Positions 59,174 to 64,000 of a DNA stretch of 64,000 bases are shown here, in pieces; within the stretch, counting starts at the first letter, position 1; every line of letters starts with the position of its first letter. The notes under the pieces are model-generated. The model was not told the origin of the DNA. It searched no databases and saw only the letters and a program-made list of their open reading frames with translations. Source of the stretch: Polyangiales bacterium (GTDB lineage: Bacteria; Myxococcota_A; Polyangia; Polyangiales; Polyangiaceae); the NCBI GenBank assembly GCA_038231275.1, contig JBBRLQ010000010.1, positions 96,001-160,000 of the forward strand, written 5' to 3'. Both the position numbers and the translations under genes were made by a program.

Positions 59174-62100
59174 CGACGGAGACGACGACCACGCCCGCGG
59201 CGGGAGCCGTACCGATTGCGACCCGTGACGCGCTCGCGGCGCTCGCCGCCGAGCTGGCCCGCAAGCACCAGCCGCTCAAGCGCGCGCCGCTGCTCACTCC
59301 GCGCCTCGCGAACGTGCCGGTCCTCGCCGCCGCGATCGCGCGGTCGCTACGCGCGTTTCGCGTGCAGAGGCCCGACGACGCCGCGTACCAGAAAGCGGGG
59401 GAGTGGCTCCTCGACAACCACTACATGTGCGAGCGCGCGCTCCGTCAGGTTCGTCGCGAGCTGCCGTCCGGCTTCCGCCGTCACCTTCCGCACGCAGGCG
59501 ACGACACGCTGCCGCGCGTGCTCTACATCGCTCGCGGCCTCGTCCAGGGGACGGCGCTCGAGCTCGACGAGCCGACGCTCCTCGCCTTCCTCGACGAGTA
59601 CCAGAAGCACTCCCCGCTCACCGTCGCCGAGCTCTGGGCGCTGCCGACGCTCCTCCGCCTCGCGATGCTGGAGGTTCTCGTACAGACCTTGGACCGTCTC
59701 CTTCTCGCGCGCGAATCGGCAGAGGCGTGGTGCGACGTGCCCATCGATCCGGCGCTCGGCGTCGAACGGTGCATTCGTGGGCTTCGGCTCCTCGCCGAGA
59801 TCGACTGGAAAGAGATCTTCGGGGCCACCAGCGCAGTCGAGTCGATCCTTCGGCAGGATCCTGCGCAGATCTACACGCGGACGGACTTCGAGACGCGCGA
59901 CGCGTGCCGTAAGGTGGTCGAGCGGCTCGCGTGGGACACCGACGTCCAAGAGGTCGACGTGGCGCGCGCGGCCATCGCCCTCGCGGAGCGGAGCCCGTCC
60001 GACCCGCGGCGCGGTCACGTCGGCACCTACCTCATCGGCCCGAGCTGTGACGAGCTGGAGGCGATCGTTGGTCACCGCCCGCGTGCGCGGATGGAGCGGG
60101 TGCGCCGCGCGTTTTCGAGGCGCCCGACCCTGACCTACCTGGGATCGGTCGCGGGTCTGACCGCGGTCCTCTTCGCCGCGTTCGCCGTGGGCGTAATGGC
60201 GCTCGCTCCGTCCCATGCGATCCTGCTCGCCGCGCTCGCGCTCGTGCCCCTGTCGTCGGTCGCAGTCGCGGTCGTCCACACGCTGCTGCTCACGCTGCTC
60301 GCGCCTCGGACCTTGCCGGAGCTCGATTTTTCTAAGGGAATTCCCGCGGAATTTCGCACCGCCGTCGTCATGCCGGCGCTGATCGCCGCGCCGCGCGACG
60401 TCGACGAGCTGCTGCGGCAGCTGGAGGTGCACTACCTCTCGCATCCCGATCCTGCCCTCGCGTTCGTCCTCCTCGTCGACCACACCGACAGTGACGCGAA
60501 GCCGGACGACGCGGCGCTGCTCGCGCACGCGGAGGCGCGCATCGCGGAGCTGAACGCCGCGCATGTGCCGTCGGGCGCCGGTCCGTTCCACCTCCTCTAC
60601 CGCGAGTCCCGCTGGAACCCCGCCGAGGGGCGCTTCATGGCGTGGGAGCGCAAGCGAGGGAAGCTCGAGGAGTGGAACCGTCTCCTTCGCGGCGACACGA
60701 CGACCAGCTTCGTCCGTCGCTTCGGAGATCCCAAGGGGCTCCTCGGCGTCCGCTTCGTGATCACCCTCGACGCCGACACGCGACTCCCCCTCGGCGCCGC
60801 GAATCGCCTCGTCGGGCTCATGGCGCATCCGCTCAATCAGGCTGTCTTCTCGGCCGATGGGAGGCGCGTCGTCGACGGCTACACGGTGGTGCAGCCGCGC
60901 GTCGAGACGTCGCCGCTCGGCGGTCCGAGCACGTGGTTCAGCCGAATGCGCTCCGGCGACACCGCGATCGACATCTACACGCGCGCCGTCTCCGACGTGT
61001 ACCAGGACCTCTTCGGCGCCGGCATCTACGTCGGGAAGGGCATCTACGACGTCGACACCTTCATGCGGAGCCTCGACGGCCGCGTGCCCGACGACTCGCT
61101 CGCGAGCCACGATCTGTTCGAAGGGTCGTGCGGGCGCGCGGGGCTGGCGACCGACATCGTGCTCTTCGAAGAGTATCCGCATCACTACCTCGCCTTCGCG
61201 CGTCGGCAGCACCGGTGGATCCGCGGCGATTGGCAGCTGCTCCCGTGGCTCGCTTCGCGCGTGCCGGGCCGCGCCGCCGGCGAGCGCGTGCCCAACACGC
61301 TCGGCACGATCGATCGCTGGAAGATCTTCGACAACCTCCGGCGCAGCCTGCTCGCGCCCTCGCTCCTCTCGCTCGTCGTTGCGGGGCTCTTCACGCTCCC
61401 GGAGGTGCTGACCCCCCTCGCGCTCTTGCCGCTGTTCGTTCCGCTGATCCTGACGCTGGTCGTCTGGCGCGGAGGGCCATTGCGCGAGCCGCTCGGACGC
61501 TTCGCCATCGGCGCGCTGTCGTTGCCGCACGACGCGTGCACGGCCATCGACGCGATCGTCCGCGTGCTGGCGCGCCTCCACACGCGCAAGCGCCTCCTCG
61601 AGTGGGTGACGGCGGCCCACACGGCGCAGAGCTTGCGGGACGGCTCGTCCGCGCGCCGCTTCTACTGGGACATGCGCGCGTCGATCGCCCTCGTCGGAGG
61701 GATCGGGGCCGCGCTCCTCGTCGTACGTCCGATCGCCCTCGCGCCCGCCGCGCCGCTCCTCGTCGCGTGGCTCCTGGCGCCCGAGCTCTTGCGACGGGCC
61801 AGCGCGCCTGCGAAGCCGGTCGCGCCGCTCCGTATCGGAGATCGCAAGGTGCTCCGTCGCCTCGCCCGCCGCACGTGGCTCTTCTTCGAGTCGTTCGTCG
61901 GCCCCGGCGATCAGTGGCTCCCGCCCGACAACTTCCAGGAAGAGCCGCGCGGCGCCGTCGCCCACCGCACGTCACCGACGAACATCGGCCTCCTCTTGAT
62001 CGCGGAGCTGTCGGCGCACGACTTCGGGTACATCGGACCGACCGAGCTGTGCCTGCTCTTGCGGCAGTCGTTCGACTCGCTCATGCGGCTCGAGCGGTAC

Positions 62101-64000
62101 GGCGGCCACTGGCTCAACTGGTACGTGACCACCGATCTCGAGCCGCTCTTGCCGCGCTACGTCTCGACGGTCGACAGCGGGAACCTCGCGGCGTCGCTCA
62201 TCACGCTCGCCGGAGGTTGCAAGGACGCGCCGCAGCTGCCGATCCTCGGCGACCGTCGATGGCAAGGCCTGCTCGACACGCTCGGGCTCATCGAGGAGGC
62301 CGCGGAGGCGCTCCCTGGCGGCGCGTCCGCGCTGAAACCTGGAATCACCGCGTTCGCCGAGGCCGCCACCGCCGCCCGCCACTCGCCAACGGGCACGCTC
62401 GCCGCGATCGTCACGCTCGAAGCGACGCAGTTGCCGGAGATCGAGCGCGAGATCGTGACGCTGCTCGACGACAAGACCTCGCGAGCGCGCACGTCGGTGT
62501 CGGTGCTTCGCGAGCTCCGAACGTGGCTCGATCGGTTGCGGAGACAGCTGCACGCGATGCGGCGCGACGCGGAGACGTTCCTGTCGTGGCTCGAACTTGC
62601 CCAGGGCGCCGTGCCGCGCGAGAACGCCGAGCTCGCGAAGCGCCTCGATCCTCGGAGCCTCTCCCTGGACGGCATCCTCGCCGTCGCCGCCGATGTTCGT
62701 GATGTCCTCCTCGCCGAGGAGACGCAGCCCGTGCAGGAGCGTCGTCGCGCGTTCACCGAGGCGATCGCTGCGCTCCACGCCGCGAAGGAGTCTGCCGATC
62801 GGGATCGCGAGGACCTGCGCGCGATCGCCGAGCGCGCCCTCACCGAAGCGCGCGCGATGGACTTCCGCTTCCTCTACGACGCGCAGCGCCGGCTGTTCCA
62901 CATCGGCTACAACGTGACGGCGGCGCGCCTCGACCCGTCGTACTACGACCTCTTCGCGTCCGAGGCGCGCGTGGCGAGCTTCGTCGCCATCGTCCTGAAG
63001 CAGGTGCCGCTCCACCACTGGTTCGCGCTCGGCCGTCCGGTGACGCTGGTGCACGGCGCGGTCACGCTCCTCTCCTGGGGCGCGACGATGTTCGAGTACC
63101 TCCTCCCCAACGTGTTCATGCGGAGCCAAGAGCACACGCTCCTGGCGCAGAGCACCGAGCGCGCGGTGGAGGCGCAGATCGATTACGGCCAAAAATGCGG
63201 CACGCCGTGGGGGATCTCGGAGTCGGGCTTCGCGCAGCTCGACGCGCAGAACACCTACCAGTACCGCTCGTTCGGCGTCCCTGGCCTCGGCATCAAGCGC
63301 GGGCTCGAGGACGATCTCGTCATCGCACCCTACGCGTCGATCCTCGCGGTCGGCCTCCGGCCGCACGACGTCATGACGAACCTCGCGAAGCTCGTTCGCA
63401 TGAACGCGCGCGGGACCTACGGGCTCTACGAGGCGGTCGACTTCCGCTCCTCGGGCACCGAGGGGCTGGCGCCCGAGGAGGACGGGTCGCCCGGGTTCAA
63501 GGTCGTTCGATCGCACATGGCGCACCACCAGGGGATGATCCTGGCGTCGCTGAACAACGCGCTCCACGACGACGTCCTGGTCGAGCGCTTCCACGACAAC
63601 CCCTTGGTGCGCACCGGCGAGCTCTTGCTCAACGAGCGCCTGCCGCCGGTGGACGTCGCCGAGCGTCCGGCGCCCGCGCGGGGCGATGGAGCCGAGCCGA
63701 TCGCCGTCGCGCTCCCGAGCTATCCGGCGTGGACGCCCGAGCTCGGCCTCGCGACCTGCGACGTGACGCTGCTCACGAACGGCCGCCTCACTACGACGGT
63801 GACCGACACGGGCGCCGGCGCGACGCGCTTCGACCACGTCGCCGTCACTCCGCCGAACCGCGACGGCACGCGCGACGTCGCCGGCACGTGGATCTACCTC
63901 CGCGACAAGGAGACGAACGAGGTGTGGTCTGCGACGCCCGCGCCCACGCGACCGCGGCAGGCGACGGATCGCGTGTCCTTCTCGCCGCACAAGGTGGAGG
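59170..64000 (+). CDS. cgs: Cyclic beta-1,2-glucan synthase (Cgs/ChvB/NdvB type), 3'-truncated by the window edge
   Basis: TTG overlaps the USP stop; EWLLDN, WERKRGK, ITLDADT, QPRV, GKGIYDVD, SHDLFEG, RWIRGDWQ, PPDNFQE, TSPTNIG, STVDSGNL, ASEAR, MFEYL, WGISES all lie in one frame. Confidence 0.93.
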   Translation, partial: MTTETTTTPAAGAVPIATRDALAALAAELARKHQPLKRAPLLTPRLANVPVLAAAIARSLRAFRVQRPDDAAYQKAGEWLLDNHYMCERALRQVRRELPSGFRRHLPHAGDDTLPRVLYIARGLVQGTALELDEPTLLAFLDEYQKHSPLTVAELWALPTLLRLAMLEVLVQTLDRLLLARESAEAWCDVPIDPALGVERCIRGLRLLAEIDWKEIFGATSAVESILRQDPAQIYTRTDFETRDACRKVVERLAWDTDVQEVDVARAAIALAERSPSDPRRGHVGTYLIGPSCDELEAIVGHRPRARMERVRRAFSRRPTLTYLGSVAGLTAVLFAAFAVGVMALAPSHAILLAALALVPLSSVAVAVVHTLLLTLLAPRTLPELDFSKGIPAEFRTAVVMPALIAAPRDVDELLRQLEVHYLSHPDPALAFVLLVDHTDSDAKPDDAALLAHAEARIAELNAAHVPSGAGPFHLLYRESRWNPAEGRFMAWERKRGKLEEWNRLLRGDTTTSFVRRFGDPKGLLGVRFVITLDADTRLPLGAANRLVGLMAHPLNQAVFSADGRRVVDGYTVVQPRVETSPLGGPSTWFSRMRSGDTAIDIYTRAVSDVYQDLFGAGIYVGKGIYDVDTFMRSLDGRVPDDSLASHDLFEGSCGRAGLATDIVLFEEYPHHYLAFARRQHRWIRGDWQLLPWLASRVPGRAAGERVPNTLGTIDRWKIFDNLRRSLLAPSLLSLVVAGLFTLPEVLTPLALLPLFVPLILTLVVWRGGPLREPLGRFAIGALSLPHDACTAIDAIVRVLARLHTRKRLLEWVTAAHTAQSLRDGSSARRFYWDMRASIALVGGIGAALLVVRPIALAPAAPLLVAWLLAPELLRRASAPAKPVAPLRIGDRKVLRRLARRTWLFFESFVGPGDQWLPPDNFQEEPRGAVAHRTSPTNIGLLLIAELSAHDFGYIGPTELCLLLRQSFDSLMRLERYGGHWLNWYVTTDLEPLLPRYVSTVDSGNLAASLITLAGGCKDAPQLPILGDRRWQGLLDTLGLIEEAAEALPGGASALKPGITAFAEAATAARHSPTGTLAAIVTLEATQLPEIEREIVTLLDDKTSRARTSVSVLRELRTWLDRLRRQLHAMRRDAETFLSWLELAQGAVPRENAELAKRLDPRSLSLDGILAVAADVRDVLLAEETQPVQERRRAFTEAIAALHAAKESADRDREDLRAIAERALTEARAMDFRFLYDAQRRLFHIGYNVTAARLDPSYYDLFASEARVASFVAIVLKQVPLHHWFALGRPVTLVHGAVTLLSWGATMFEYLLPNVFMRSQEHTLLAQSTERAVEAQIDYGQKCGTPWGISESGFAQLDAQNTYQYRSFGVPGLGIKRGLEDDLVIAPYASILAVGLRPHDVMTNLAKLVRMNARGTYGLYEAVDFRSSGTEGLAPEEDGSPGFKVVRSHMAHHQGMILASLNNALHDDVLVERFHDNPLVRTGELLLNERLPPVDVAERPAPARGDGAEPIAVALPSYPAWTPELGLATCDVTLLTNGRLTTTVTDTGAGATRFDHVAVTPPNRDGTRDVAGTWIYLRDKETNEVWSATPAPTRPRQATDRVSFSPHKVE

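Noticed and set aside
59347..63990. Long minus-strand ORFs (872 aa and 672 aa)
   Set aside because: Antisense shadows of cgs; all recognisable motifs are on the + strand.

Overview
GC-rich bacterial chromosome segment. The gene content points to Myxococcota, probably Polyangiales-like (inference): a TIGR04563-type small protein, MYXO-CTERM-like tails, a DUF1592/DUF1552-type pair, two TPR-type Ser/Thr kinases and many Cys-rich or GTS-linker lipoproteins. I see no rRNA, tRNA, CRISPR array, integrase or transposase. About 54 CDSs are supportable, including speA, cydAB, pheA, egtBD, a YegD-type Hsp70, two sigma factors, an MscS/double-antiporter/nucleotidase operon, several phosphatases and a cyclic beta-1,2-glucan synthase that runs off the window and is absent from the ORF track. 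The top finding is a hidden selenoprotein candidate: an exported rhodanese lipoprotein (11593..12003, minus strand) whose frame continues through a TGA inside C-ANEL-U-HA-C, followed 13 nt later by a SECIS-like hairpin. Other highlights: an aldo-keto reductase / PNKP-type kinase / degenerate HAD fusion; an uncharacterised 'CGxERW' domain found both alone and fused to a phosphoesterase; a cell-anchored phage-tail-lysozyme protein; recurring leaderless-type sigma70 and sigma54 promoters; and an orphan GntR-like operator between convergent genes. Family names come from recognising motifs by eye, not from database searches.
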